Shown here: piece after piece, positions 37,440 to 51,090 of the stretch
How positions within the stretch are numbered: the stretch's first letter is position 1
Layout: the number at the start of each line of letters is the position of its first letter
Source of the DNA: Pristiophorus japonicus
Lineage: Eukaryota
Direction: 5' to 3'
DNA: 64,000 bases
Assembly: GCF_044704955.1 (NCBI RefSeq)
Contig: NW_027254409.1
Span: 310,001-374,000, forward strand
The notes under the pieces: generated by a model
Databases searched by the model: none
Seen by the model: only the letters and a program-made list of their open reading frames with translations
Told to the model about the DNA's origin: nothing
Translations under genes and position numbers: made by a program

Positions 37440-40400
37440 GCCAGCTCCCTAATTGACTGTGTGATGCCCTCCACAACATCACTACTACTGTTTGGATGTC
37501 TGTACACAACTCCCACTAACGTGTATTGCCCTTTGGTGTTCTGCAGCTCTACCCATATAGATTCCATATCATAGGGGTGCATTTTCAGCTCCGGGTTTCG
37601 GAGCTTGAGCGGTTGCTAGCGTCAATGCAGTCTATCCGCGGGGCTCAGAGCTTCGAGGATAACACATTTCAGGAGGTAGTCACCCAGCAGCTTAAAATTG
37701 TGCAGGCATAGAGGGAATGGAAGATCGTCAGACAGACAAGGTGGAACTGGCATGTAGGACAGGAATCCCCTGACTCATTAACCGCTTTCCAGTTCTGGTT
37801 AATGAGGAGCACCATGGTTGCTCTGGGGTGTGAATCCAATGCCAAGTCCACGGAACCATAGGTGGCTCAGCTGCACAGAAGGGAAGGAAGAAGAGTGGAA
37901 GAGCAATAGTGGTAGGTCAATTGATACATGGGGAATAGACAGACATAGAAACATAGAAAATAGGTGCAGGACTAGGCCATTCGGCCCTTCTAGCCTGCAC
38001 CGCCATTCAATGAGTTCATGGCTGAACATGCAACTTCAGTACCGCATTCTGCTTTCTCGCCATACCCCTTAATCCCCCTAGTAATATGGACGTTTGGCGG
38101 CTGCAGACGTGACTCCAGGATAGTTATTGCCTCCCTGGTGCAAGGGTCAAGGTTTGTCACTGAAAGTGTGCAGGACATTGTGAGGGAACCGGGGGGAGGG
38201 GGGTTAATAGCCAGAAGTCGTGGTCTATATTGTCAAAAATGACAAAGGTCGAAAGAGAGATGACGTCCTGCAGGCAGTTCTGAGGGAGCTGGGAAGGAGA
38301 CTAAAAAACAGGACATCAAAAGTAGTAATCTCCAGATTACTCCCAGTACCACGTGCTAGTGAGTACAGGAATAGGAGGATCGAGCGGGTGAATATGTGGC
38401 TTGAGACGATGCAGGAGGGAAGACTTTAAATTCTTGTGGTATTGCGACTGTTTCTGGGGGCTGTATGACCTGGACAAGCCAGTCGGGTTGCACCTGAACA
38501 AAGCTGGGACCTAGATCCTCTCCAAGCTGGGGAGAGCCTCAGCTCGTTTGTGGGAAAAATTTTCGACGAAATGCTGATGGATAGGATAAATCTTCATTTG
38601 GGAAGACACGGATTAATCAAGGACAGTCAGCATGGATTTGTTAAGGGAAAGTCGGGTCTGTCTACCGATTGACTCTCCTGTATAGCCACTCAAAAAATTT
38701 AATGAGGGCAGTGCATTTGATGTAGTGTATATGAATTCTAGCAACGATGTTGATAAAGTCCCACAAGGCAGACTGGTCACAAAAGTATAAGCAATTGGGA
38801 TACAAGGCAAAGTGGCAAGTTGGATTCAAAATTGGCTCAGAGTCAGGAAGCAAAGGTTAATGGTTGATGGGTGTTTTTGAGACTGGAAGGCTGTCTCCAG
38901 TAGCGAATCCATAGGGCTCACTACTAGGTCCCTTTTTTATCAATAATTTGGACTTGAATCTACAGGGTATGATTAGGAAGTATGCAGATGACACACAAAT
39001 TGGTCTTGTGGTTGATAATGAAGAAGAAAGCTATAGACTGCAGGGAGATGTCAATGGACTGATCAGGTGGGCAGAATAGTAGCAAGTGGACTTCAATCCG
39101 CGGAAGTGTGTGGTCTTGCATTTGGGGAGGGCTAACAACGCAAGGGAATACACAATGAATCGTAGGATACTGAGAAGTGTCGATGAATAAAGAGATCTAG
39201 GAGTGCATATCCACAGACCCATGAAGGTTTCAGGACAGGTAGACATTCTAAATATATTAAGTGGATAACTAGAGAAAGAATGGGGCCTATTAGAGACCAC
39301 AAAGGAAATGTGTGTGTGGAAGCAGAAGATGTGAATCTAATTGTTAATAAATACCCTGCATTTGTTTTCACAAAAGAGAGGGGCGATGCAGATTTTGCAA
39401 TGAGGGAGGAGTGTGAAATATTGGACGAGGTAAACATAGTTAGAGAAGAAGTATTAAGGGACTTAGCAGCTTTGAAAGTGGATAAATCCCCAGGCCCAGA
39501 TGAAATGTATTTCAGGCTGTTAAGAGAAGCAAACGAGGAAATAGCAGAGGCTCTGACCATCATTTTCCAATCCACACTGGCTACAGGTGTGGTGCCAGTG
39601 GACTGGAGGACCTCTAATGTTTAACCTTTGTTTAAAAAGGGAGACAAGGATAGATCGATTTATTAAAGGCCTGTCAGCCTAACCTCAGTGGTGGGAATTT
39701 TTTTTGGAAAAATCCTGAATGACAGGATAAATCTTCATTTGGAAAGACATGGATTAATCAGGAACAGTCCGCACGGATTTGTTAAGGGAAGGTCATGTCT
39801 GACTAACTTGATTGAATCTGTCCCTTCTTCCCGTTCATCCATGCATATTGTAAACAGTTCTGGTCCCAGCACCGATCCCTGTGGCACACCACTAACCACC
39901 GGTTTCCAACCCGACAAGGACCCATTTATCCCGACTCTCTGCTTTCTGTTAGCCAGCTAATTCTCTATCCTTGCAAATACATTTCCTCTGAATCCACGTA
40001 CCTTTATCTTCTGCCGTAACCTTTTGTGTGGCACCTTATCGAATGCCTTTTGGAAATCTAAATACACCACATTCATCGGTATATCTCTATCCACTATGCT
40101 CATTATATCCTCAAACAATTCAGTAAATTAGTTAAACATGATTTCCCCTTCATGAATCCATGATGCGTCTGCTTTATTGCACTATTCCTATCGAGATGTC
40201 CCGCTATTTCTTCCTTAATGATAGCATCAAGCATTTTCCCCACTACAGATGTTAAACTAACCGGCCTATAGTTACTTGCCTTTTGTCTGACCCCTTTGTT
40301 AAACAGAGGCGTTACATTTGCTGCTTTCCAATCCGCTGGTACCTCCCCAGAGTCCAGAGAATTTTGGTAGATTATAACGAATGCATCTGCTATAACTTCC

Positions 40401-41082
40401 GCCATCTCTTTTAATACCCTGGGATGCATTTCATCAGGACCAGGGGACTTGTCTACCTTGAGTCCCATTAGCCTATCCAGCACTACCCCCGTTGTGATAA
40501 TGATTATCTCAAGGTCCTCCCTTCTCACATTCCCGTGACCAGCAATTTCTGCAATGGTTTTTGTGTCTTCCACTGTGAAGACCGAAGCAAAATAATTGTT
40601 TAGGGACTCAGCCATTTCCACATTTCCCATTATTAAATCCGCCTTCTCATCTTCTGAGGGACCAACATTTACTTTAGTCACTCTTTTCCGTTTTATATAT
40701 CGGTAAAAGCTTATACTATCTGTTTTTATGTGTTGCGCAAATTGACTTTCGTCATCTATCTTTCCTTTCTCTTTTGCTCTCTTAATCATTCTTTGCTGTC
40801 GATTAAAATTTTCGCAATCTTCTAGTTTCCCGCTAACATTGGCCACCTTATACGCATTGGTTTTTAATTTGATACTCTCCTTTATTTCCTTGGTTATCCA
40901 CGGCTGGTTATCCCTTCTCTTGCCGCCCTTCTTTTTCACTGGAATATATTTTTGTTGAGCACTATGAAATAGCTCCTTAAAAGTCCTCCACTGTTCCTCA
41001 ATTGTGCCACCGTTTAGTCAGCGTTTCCAGTCTACTTTAGACAACTCTGCCATCATCCCACTGTAGTCCCCTTTGTTTAAGC
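37440..41082. mobile_element. Mosaic of CR1 fragments: EN (-, 37440-37572), ORF1 (+, 37575-38520, with a minus 3'-tail insert at ~37940-38082), RT pieces (+, 38545-39245 and 39270-39815), ORF2 (-, 39816-41082)
   Basis: ORF-track peptides ESIWVELQNTKG, RRLKNRTSKVVISRLLPVPR and LKVDKSPGPDEM. The 40103-40939 ORF is nearly identical to the 20828-21694 ORF. Confidence 0.88.
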
Positions 41083-41594
41083 GACTGTAATATAAATAGA
41101 GACAGGGTCTCGTGTAATGAAAATAGGGACAGGGTCTCGTGTAATATAAACAGAGACAGGGTCTAGTGCAATGTAAGCAGGGACATGGTCTAATGTAATC
41201 TCAGCAGAGACAGGGTCTAGTGCAGTAATCCATTTTAAATCTCCGGCTTGTGGTTACTGTCCGTCCTACCAGTGGCAAAGGTTTCTAACTATTTACTTGA
41301 TTAAAACTCCTCATAATTTCGATCGCCACTATTAAATCTGCCTTAACATTCTCGGATATAAGGAGCACCGTCCCAGTTTCCAGCCGTTCTACTGATGCAC
41401 CTCATGAACATCCAGATGAGGAGTCGCTAAGATTTGATCCCATTTTACAACAGTGCCAGAATATCATCCCAGGCAAGATAAGAGTATTATCCGAGGGAAT
41501 TAAACCGACTGTGTAAGACTCGTCTCAGGCTTTGAACTTTGGACACTCTGAACTAAATGACAACATCTAAAAAATTAAGCTGTGACGTGCTAAA

Positions 41595-42035
41595 GCCCTG
41601 GTACAATGGGATCACTCTCACCTCTGAGTGAGAAGGCTGTGGGTTCACAACCCCTCTCCAGAGACTGAGCACATAATCTTGGCTGGCACTCCCGGTACCA
41701 GTACCGAAGGAGAAGGGGAGGGGGGCTATATTGACGGTGGAGCAGTCTTTCGGATGAGACGTTACATCTGCTGAGTCTTCGCTTACAGTTGGATGTAAGA
41801 GATTGAATGGCACTATTTTAAATAGCAGGGGAGTTCACCCCGAAGTCCATTACACATATTTATCCATTAACCAGCATCGCTAAAGAACAGATTCTATGGT
41901 TATTATCACATTATGTTTGTGGGAGTTTGCTGTGTGCAATTTGACTCCACGTTTCCTACATTACAAAAGTGACTACACTTCAAACGTACTTCAATATAAA
42001 GCACTTTTGGACATTCTGAGGACGTGAAAATCGTG
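41595..42035 (+). mobile_element. tRNA-derived SINE with Deu domain (DeuSINE, SacSINE1-like)
   Basis: Head with GGGTTCAC B-box-like motif, GTCTTTCGGATGAGACGTT Deu-domain motif and TTTGTGGGAGTTTGCTGTGTGCA tail. Recognised from family knowledge. Confidence 0.7.
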
Positions 42036-42879
42036 AAAGTTATTTCTAAAAGTCAACATTTAAAATACACGTTGCAATGGGTGAATCCTCTGGTCGCATT
42101 GTTAACTTGTTTAGTTTAAGTGGCTGGAATCTTACGCTAAATGGACATTCAGTGAATTACTGATCTGTTCAGCGAGGTTCCATTGACTTTGGTAGCAGAA
42201 TTTTCAGAATTGAATTATTAATTTTAATATGTTCCCTTTGATATAAATCATATCTCTTCTAATTGAACAAACCAAAAACCGATGTCACAGCTGGAGATAT
42301 TTCCATTTCTTTGTACCAACTACCAATATTCATAAAATAAACCTGTGCTGTGAGTTAAAACTAATCAGTAAATTACTTTGTGGATCTGCTTTTGCTGCCA
42401 TGAACACTTCATGGAAATCTGTGAGGTGTTTCTGTAAATAAACGCAGAAATAGAAGTCCCAGATTAGAATAGTGAACGACAGAATAGAAATAAACAGAGA
42501 AAGAAACGCTAATGTCTCAACGGATTCCAGCAACAATTGATGTTTGGGATATTTTTTTTCAGTTATTGGTGAACAAATCAACGATGTTATCCGCGGCCAG
42601 AATGGGGAAAGATTCCAGTCACCATACATAGTCACAGCTCAAATGTATTCGTGGCAATTCCCTGCATCCCCTCCCTCTCTGCCTCTCTCTAATATCCCCA
42701 CCTTTTGCCTTGCCTGTAAAGAATGCGTCATTATTTTACCTCACAATAAGAAGTCAATGTCTAACAAAAATGTTCTCTAAGGTCTATTTCCAGGCCTCAC
42801 ACCAAATTGGTAGGTGTGCGGAATGGCAGCTTTATAATAAAATATGTCGTGTGAACTCAATGATCTTGGGTGTTTGATG

Positions 42880-43352
42880 TGACTCTGTAGCGGGAACTTT
42901 ACTCTGCATCTAACTACGTGCTGTACCTGCCCTGCGAGTGTTTAATGGGACGGTTTCGAGAGAGCTTTGCTCTGCATAGATCAGTGATGTACCTGCTCTG
43001 GAAGAGTTTGATGGGACGGTATAGAGGGGGCTTTACTCTATAGCTTACCCGTGCTGTACCTGCCCTGGCAGTCTTTGCTGGGACAGTGTTTTGGGAGCTT
43101 TACTCTGCATAGACCAGAGCTGTACCTGCCCTGGGAGAGTTTGATGGGACGGTGTTGAGCAAGATTTACTCTCTATCTAAACCGTGCTGTACCTGCCCTT
43201 GGAGAGTTTGATGTTACGGTGTAGAGGGAGCTTTATTGTTTTTCGAATCGTGCTGTACCTGAGCTGGGAGTGTTTGACGGGACAGCATCGAGGGAGCTTT
43301 TCTTTGCATAGACCCGCGCTGTCCCTGCCCTGGGAATGTTTTAATGGACAGT
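42880..43352. repeat. ~67-bp minisatellite, ~7 copies
   Basis: Consensus approximately GGGAGCTTTACTCTGCATCTAACCCGTGCTGTACCTGCCCTGGGAGTGTTTGATGGGACAGTGTAGA. More decayed copies at ~55460-55990. Confidence 0.85.
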
Positions 43353-43569
43353 GTGATATCACTATCGCAGAAAATTGTTTTTGTCAGTGCAACTTCCTGT
43401 ATATTGCATTTCGTGTTTACCTGTTTGACATCATCACGTCAGCAACACGTAAACAATGGGTGACGTCATTGTTTACAACAAAGCAGCGTCATCAACGTGA
43501 TTTGGTCGCCATTGCTACATCAGTGCGACGTCTGACCCTCAGCCAAATGGATTGCTCGATTTGACCTAT

Positions 43570-44520
43570 ATATACACCAGGGTCTAGTGCAGTAATAACC
43601 GAGACACGTCCAAGTGTAACATAGACAGAGAGAGGATATAGTGTAATATCTACAATGACAGGGACCAGTGTAAAAAAAAAAGACACAGCGTCTAGTGTAA
43701 TATAAACAGAGACAGGGTCTTGTGTAATATAAACAGAGACAGTGTCTAGTGTAATATAGAAAATAAAGGGTATCGTGTAATATAAACAGAGACAATGTCG
43801 AGTGTAATATAAAAAATACATTTTCTAGTGTAATATAAACAGAGACAGTGTCTAGTGTAATATAAACAGAGACAGTGTCTAGTGTAATATAAACAGAGAC
43901 AGTGTCTAGTGTAATATAAACAGAGACAGTGTCTAGTGTAATGTAAAAAATACAGTGTCTAGTATAATATAAACAGAGACAGGGTCTAGTGTAATATAAA
44001 TAGAGACAGGGTCGAGTGTAATATAAATAGAGACAGGGTCTAGTGTAATATAACCAGAGACAGGACCAATCTATTATAAAGAGACAGGGGATAGTATAAT
44101 ATAAATAGTGACAGAGTCCAACATAATATAACAAAGGATAAAGTGCTCTAATACTAACTAATACATGAACTATTGTAGTAGAAACATTGACATTTTCTAG
44201 TGCAATATAAACTGAGACATGTCGAGTGTAATATAAAGCGAGACAGGAACTAGTGAAATATTGACAGAAACGTGGTGTACGGTCATATAAACAGTGACAG
44301 CGTCTAGTTCAGTAGTAACTGAGAATGGGTCTAATGTATTATAACGGAGGGTCCAGTACTGTGATAACTGATACAGAGCCGAGCATAATATAAACAGAGA
44401 CAGGGTCTAGTGCAGTAATAACTGAGACAGGGCCTTGTGCAATCCGAAAAGAGAGATGTAGTTATAATTAAACAGGGTCCAGAGTAATTTAAACATATAG
44501 AATGTCTGGAATAATTTGAT
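43570..44520 (+). repeat. 27-bp minisatellite array, forward orientation
   Basis: TAGTGTAATATAAACAGAGACAGGGTC units. A short array of the same unit is at 41083-41230. Confidence 0.9.
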
Positions 44521-44649
44521 AGTAACATTCCAGCCATGCGAATCTTCATGTGGTCTGACTGTCTATCTGTCTGTCGTTCGGTCGGTCGGTCCATTCGTCT
44601 GTCCGTCCGTCCGTCGATTCGTACTTCTATCCATCTATCTGTACTTCTA

Positions 44650-46690
44650 TCTAATATTACACTAGAACCTGTCTCTCTTAAGATCCTGTTCCTGTTAATA
44701 TTACCCGAGACCCTGTCTCTGTTTATATTACCCGTGTCCATGTCTCTGTTTATATTGTACTAGACCCTGTCTCTGTTTATATTACACTAGACTCTGTCCC
44801 AGTTTTTATTATACTGGACACTGTCTCTGTTTATATTAGTCAAGACTCTGTCCCTGTTTATATTATAATGGATCCTGTCGGTGTTTAGATTATACTGGAC
44901 CCTGTCCCAGTTTATATCGCACTAGACCCTGTTTCTGTTTATATTAAGTAGACTCTGTTTCTGTTTTTATTACACTGGACCCTGTCTCTGTTTATATTAC
45001 ACTAGACCCTGTCCCAGTTTATATTACACTAGACCCTGTCTCTGTTTATATTGTACTAGACCCTGTCTCTGTTTATATTACACTAGACCCTGCCTCTGTT
45101 TACATTACATTAGACCCACTCCCAGTTCATATTATACCAGAGACTGTCTCTGTTTATATTAGTCTAGACCCTGTCTCTGTTTATATTCTACTAGACCCTG
45201 TCTCTGTTTATATTACACTGGACCCTGTTTCTGTTTATATTAAACTAGACCCTGTCTCTGCTTATTTTACACTAGACCCTGTCTCTGTTTATATTCTTCC
45301 AGACACTATCGCTGTTTATATTACACTAGACTCTGTCTCTGTTTATATTACACTAGACCCTGTCTCTGTTTATATTGTACTAGACGCTGTCTCTGTTTAT
45401 ATTAAACTAGACCCTGCCTCTGTTTACATTACACTAGACCCTCTTCCAGTTCATATTATACTGGACCCTGTCCCTGTTTATATTAAACTAGATCCTGTCT
45501 CTGTTTATTTTACACTGGACCCTGTCTCTCTTCATATTACATTAGACCCTGTGTCCTTTTATATTAAACACGACCCTGTCTCTGTTTATATTACACTAGA
45601 CCCTGTCTCTGTCTATATTCTTCTTAACACTATCCCTGTTTATATTGGACTCGACCCTGTCTCTGTTTATATTGAACTAGACCCTGTCTCTGTTTTTATT
45701 GCACTAGACCCTGTCTCTGTTTATATTACACCAGACACTGCCTCTGTTTATATTCGTTCTGACACTATCCCTGTTTATATTACACTAGACCCTGTCTCTG
45801 TTTGTATTACACTAGACCCTGTCCCTGTTTATATTACACTAGACCCTGTCTTTGTTTATATTCTTCCAGACACTATCCCTGTTTATTTTGGACTCGACCC
45901 TGTCTCTGTTTATATTAAACTAGACCCTGTCTCTGTTTATATTACACTAGACCATGTTTCTGTTTATATTCTTTCTGACACTATCCCTGTTTATATTACA
46001 CTATACCCTGTCTCTGTTTGTATTACACTAGACCCTGTCTCTGTTTATATTACACTAGACCATGTCTCTGTTTATAATACACCAGACACTGCCTCTGTTT
46101 ATATTCTTTCTGACACTATCCCTGTTTATATTACACTGGGCCCTGTCTCTGTTTGTATTACACTAGACCCTGTCACTGTTTATATTACACTAGACCCTGT
46201 CTCTGTTTTTATTCTTCCAGACATTATCCCTGTTTATATTACACTAGACCCTGTCTCTGTTTATAATACACTAGACCCTGTCTCTGTTTATATTAAAATA
46301 GACCCTGTCTCTGTTTATATTACACTAGACCATGTCTCTGTTTATATTCTTTCTGACACTATCCCTGTTTTTATTACACTAGACCCTGTCTCTGTTTGTA
46401 TTACACTAGACCCTGTCTCTGTTTATATTACACTAGACCATGTCTCTGTTTATATTACACCAGACACTATCTTTGTTTATATTCTTTCTGACACTATCTC
46501 TGTTTATATTACACTAGACCCTGTCTTCCCTGTCTTTTTTTGTATTACACTAGACCTTGTCTCTGTTTATATGCCAGTAGACACTGTCTCAGTTTATATC
46601 ACACGAGACCCTGTCTCTTTTTATAATACGCCAGGCATTGTCACTGTTTATATTATCCTCGACACTGTCTCTCTTTGTATTACCCAGATC
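44650..46690 (-). repeat. 27-bp minisatellite array, inverted relative to 43570-44520
   Basis: GACCCTGTCTCTGTTTATATTACACTA units (~75 copies); source of the LDPVSVYIT pseudo-ORF. Confidence 0.95.
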
Positions 46691-47509
46691 ATCTTTCCTT
46701 TTCAAATATATATTGATTTCCCTATTTGAAAGTTATAATTACATTTGCTGCCATCACCCTTTCAGACACTGCATTCCAGGTTATTACTACTCGCTGCATA
46801 AAAAATCTCCTTATCTCCCGTCTGGATTTATTTTTTCATTCATCTTAATCTTTGTGTTCTGGTTACCGATAGACCTACCGATAGAATCCCCACCTTACTA
46901 TTAACTCAATGAAACCCCTTCACAATTTTGAAAACATCTGTTAATTCTCCCCTAAGCATACCCTGCTATAATAAGAATAAACCCATCCTCTCTCGTCTCC
47001 ACAAAACTGAACTCCCTCATGCCTTCCACCAATCTCCTCTGCATCCTCGACAAGAGCCCGACAATCTTCTTAAAATGTGGATTGAAAAAAATGCAATCTT
47101 TATTTGTCCTTCAGATTATTTCTAAGGATACATGCTCCCTTCAAATTTGACTGACTGAGAAGCATTAATTATATTGTTTTACTTGTTTTGACAAAACGGA
47201 CGGTGACTGAAATGCTCAGCAACATCTGTCTCCACATGACTCATGTATCAATATGATCTCTGTCGCCACCTGCTGATAAACGACATCTACTGCAAGCTCC
47301 AGAGCTTACTTTAAACATGATTCATAACACCCACTACAATAACTTGCTTGAACGTTTAACCAGAGGATTTTTTTTAGAACAAACCACAAGAGGTGCAGAT
47401 GATCAGGAAGTATCAAGGGCGGAATTAGCAAAATTATTATTGCAAATTCACCTTCAGCTCATCATACAGAGCCGTCAGATTAGATAAACATCCATAATGA
47501 ATAAAAACC

Positions 47510-48930
47510 TCACAGGAAAAATGGTCCAACCGTGGCTAACAAAGGAAGTTAAAGATAGTAATAGATGAAATTAACAGCCATGGAATGTTGACAAAAAGAG
47601 TAATAAGCCCAAAAATTGGGAAGATTTTGGAATTCTGCAAAAGATGCACATGCAACTGATAATATGGGAGAAATATAAAATTAAATAAGCTATCAATAAT
47701 CTACAAACAGATTGTTCGAGCTTCTACACGTGTATAGAAAGATGACTTAAATTAGCGTACTTTACAATACAAAGGTAGGTGGGACAGTAAACAGTGAGGA
47801 TGTAGTAAGGAGGCTGCAAAGGGATATTGACAGGTTAAGTGAGTGGGCATGAACATGGCAGATTGAGTATAATGTGGAGAAGTGTGAAGTTACGCACTTT
47901 GGTAGGACAAATAGAGACGCATAATAATTTTTGAATGCTGAGAAACTGGGTAATATTGTTATTCAGAAAGACCTGGATGGCCTTGTACACGAATCACAGA
48001 AAGCTAACATGGAGCCAAAGTGAGCAATTAGGAAAGCAAATGGTAAGCAACATTTTATTGCAAAGGGATTAGAGTATTAGAAAAAAGAAGTCTTCATGCA
48101 CTTATATGGGGCTCTGCTGAGACTACACCTGGTGTATCGTGCACAGTTTTCTTCTCCTTATCTAAGGAAGGATACACTTGCCTTGGAGGGAGTGCATCTA
48201 AGGTTCATCAGACTGATCTGATTCCTGGGACGGCGGCGGGGGCGTGAGGCTGTTCTATCAGGAGAGATTGAGTATCTAATGTCCATATTTCCTTGGAAAT
48301 CACAACATAAGAACATAGGAATTGGGAGCAGGAGTAGGCCATATGGTTCAGCGAGCCTGTTCCGTCATTCAACGGGATCATGGCTGCTCTTCTACCTCAA
48401 CTCCCCTTCCCTGCACTATCCATATATCTGAATGGAAACATATGCAGGGCTTCAGGGAAATGGCGGGGGATTGGTCAATTATACAAAGTACGACAAGTGT
48501 GGTCTAACCAAGTTTAGCATAACTATTGCACTTTTCAATTCTATCCCTCTAGAAATAAACCCGAGTGTAAGTGTTCTTCTTTTTATAGCTTATTAACCTG
48601 CGTCGCTACCTTTAGTGATGTGCGTAATTGCATTCTCAGAGACCTGTGTTCCTCCATCCCGCATAGGTTCTTATTTTAAACGTGATGAGTGACCTCCTTA
48701 TTTGTCTTACCAAACTGTAATAACTCATACTTGTCTGTGCTGAAATGAATTAGTCAATTCATGTATTATTTTAATTAGTTGCAGTGTTCCACAGTATTTA
48801 CACGCCGACCCGCCCGCCCCAAGTGCATTGGTAAAATTTGGAAATTGTGTGTTTGACTCCAAAATCTAAATTGTTAATATAAGTTGTGAACAATAGTGGA
48901 CCCATCACTGATCTTTGTGGGATCCCTCTT
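47510..48930. mobile_element. Degenerate CR1 fragments in both orientations
   Basis: Decayed RT-region sequence (47760-48290, +), TAAGAACA tail at ~48307 (-) and GIPQRSVMGPLLF next to the gap. Confidence 0.75.
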
Positions 48931-49205
48931 NNNNNNNNNNNNNNNNNNNNNNNNNNNNNNNNNNNNNNNNNNNNNNNNNNNNNNNNNNNNNNNNNNNNNN
49001 NNNNNNNNNNNNNNNNNNNNNNNNNNNNNNNNNNNNNNNNNNNNNNNNNNNNNNNNNNNNNNNNNNNNNNNNNNNNNNNNNNNNNNNNNNNNNNNNNNNN
49101 NNNNNNNNNNNNNNNNNNNNNNNNNNNNNNNNNNNNNNNNNNNNNNNNNNNNNNNNNNNNNNNNNNNNNNNNNNNNNNNNNNNNNNNNNNNNNNNNNNNN
49201 NNNNN
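48931..49205. other. Assembly gap (275 N)
   Basis: Run of n characters. Confidence 1.
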
Positions 49206-50734
49206 ACTGATACTCCAGCTGACTGCTGCTACTGACATGGTGTCTGAGACTTTGGATATATTTCCTTTCCTGCAATATGTGAACAGTTACACACATTTAC
49301 ACAACGAAAAAATTTAACTTAACACCAGTTCTGTTATTGGGTAGATGTGTATATAAATAGGTCTTTTGACAATGTGAATGTTTTGAAGTTGGCTTCCAGG
49401 CATGCGGTCAGTAGTGAGAAAACTGACCTTTGATGGAGTGCACAGAACCCCAGATGCTTTCTGAAAATGACACTGGTGTTCGATGCTCGCTGACGGCAGT
49501 CGGTTTGGTTACTGCCAAATATTGTGCGGGTCAGATTAGCGTGAACAAGAATGAGAGAAAGATGGTATTTAACTATTTAAATATTACATTATTCAGTCGA
49601 ACTTTTAAAATAAGAAACATTTTACATAGTATAACATCTCAAGAATGATTTTACGTAAATTGCATGCTCACAATATTACAAAACAGGATCGGAAAATAAT
49701 GAATTGATCCACACGGTACCTAATGAAAACTATTTCCAAATAAAGACCATTCTAAATCTTTCAGTCGATTTATTCAGTACAGCATGAAATGCTGGAGAGA
49801 GGTTTAATGTCCTCACCCCACACTGTAATGAGATGAGTGGGATTCGGAAATTAACTAAAACAGGTTGAATTGCCTTGAATTATTCTCACAGAGAAGTGCC
49901 AGCTGCACTTCTTTAATATTCTCACAGAATTTTGCGCCTGGTCTAAACTAATGTCTCCATTATTCGTGATTAGTAGCCGCGCAGTGTGTCGTGTAATTTG
50001 AAATGATTTGGATCCCTGAACAAGCCCTGTCATAGCCCGGCTACCAGTGGGTGGTGAAAGGCCCCAGATTGTGATCTGTTTCTGCTGGAGATGAAGCATT
50101 TATTCCTGTGATATTCTGCAACATATCACTATGTCCTGATACACCGTGTTCCTGTTACCCGTGTCTGTTACACATTCGGTCGCTATTAAAGTTAGCTGCA
50201 AGGCTTTGGATGTCGAGGTTTGCTGATCACATTATCGATTCTGATTCACCAGCTTCTCTCATAAAACGCTGGTCTGAAGCGGGCGGGCCCCACTTTCTTA
50301 TGTGTCTTCGTCAACTCACTCCTTAATCATCAGACAAGCGGACTTATTTTACAGCTAAATTTACAAACGGCTGTCTTAGAGTCACAGACTCAGGGGCAGT
50401 TAGTGAAATGCAGTGAGAGACAATTTTATAATGTGAGGAATATGATCTCATCTCCAGAACAAAAGTGTAGCTTCAGCCAAGTACACTGTAAATAGAATCA
50501 CATTACCCATCTACCGCACTCGGTTACATAGAGTGATATCAATTCAGATTATAGGGGATACTTTATTGGTACAGTTGCATGGATAGATAGCGGGAGATGT
50601 AAAAGCACAAACTGGCAGTGTCTTTAGATCCTGATTAGGTAATTCATTCTCAAAGATTTACATCCCCTGTGAAAGAGTGAGGAATAAACGGATTTAATTT
50701 ACAGTCCAGATGTGAGTCCATTCTGTTGGTGATG

Positions 50735-50910
50735 TGGAAGGAGTGACGTGGATCCAGAAACCGCTTCTATCAGGGAATCAATGGGTGGCGCCTTTCACCT
50801 CGCCCCCATCACCCGGGTATTTAGCTGCCGGCCACTGGGAGCGCAATACAACAGTCTGGGAGTGGGTTTGCTCAGTGAGTTCTTGCCGGAACCAGTCACC
50901 ACACATTGCC
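50735..50910 (+). promoter_or_regulatory. VH promoter, octamer-less, with CRE-like element and TATA-like box
   Basis: AGTGACGTGG at ~50742 and GTATTTAG at ~50817. No ATGCAAAT octamer seen. Confidence 0.5.
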
Positions 50911-50962
50911 ATGAGGATGAGGTCGGCGATTGCTTTCGTTCTGTTGCTGGCTTTACTTTCCC
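50911..50962 (+). pseudogene. IGHV: VH leader exon
   Basis: MRMRSAIAFVLLLALLS(R), phase-1 donor C|GTGTGT, 128-nt intron ending TTTTTACAG at 51090. Confidence 0.9.
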
Positions 50963-51090
50963 GTGTGTAGATTTTATTGTCCAATTCTCTCATTGTTACT
51001 GTCTCAGTGAAAGTCTCTCTCTGGAATTTTACAGAGTCAGGAATCATTTCTCGAGGATTGATCCTCGGGGTATTTTGATTATTTTTACAG

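Noticed and set aside
45551-46729. 392-aa ORF of LDPVSVYIT repeats
   Set aside because: It is the 27-bp minisatellite, which is stop-free in one frame. No ATG start, no unique domain, and the same unit occurs inverted nearby.
48798-49317. ORFs containing long X runs
   Set aside because: Artefacts of the N gap.
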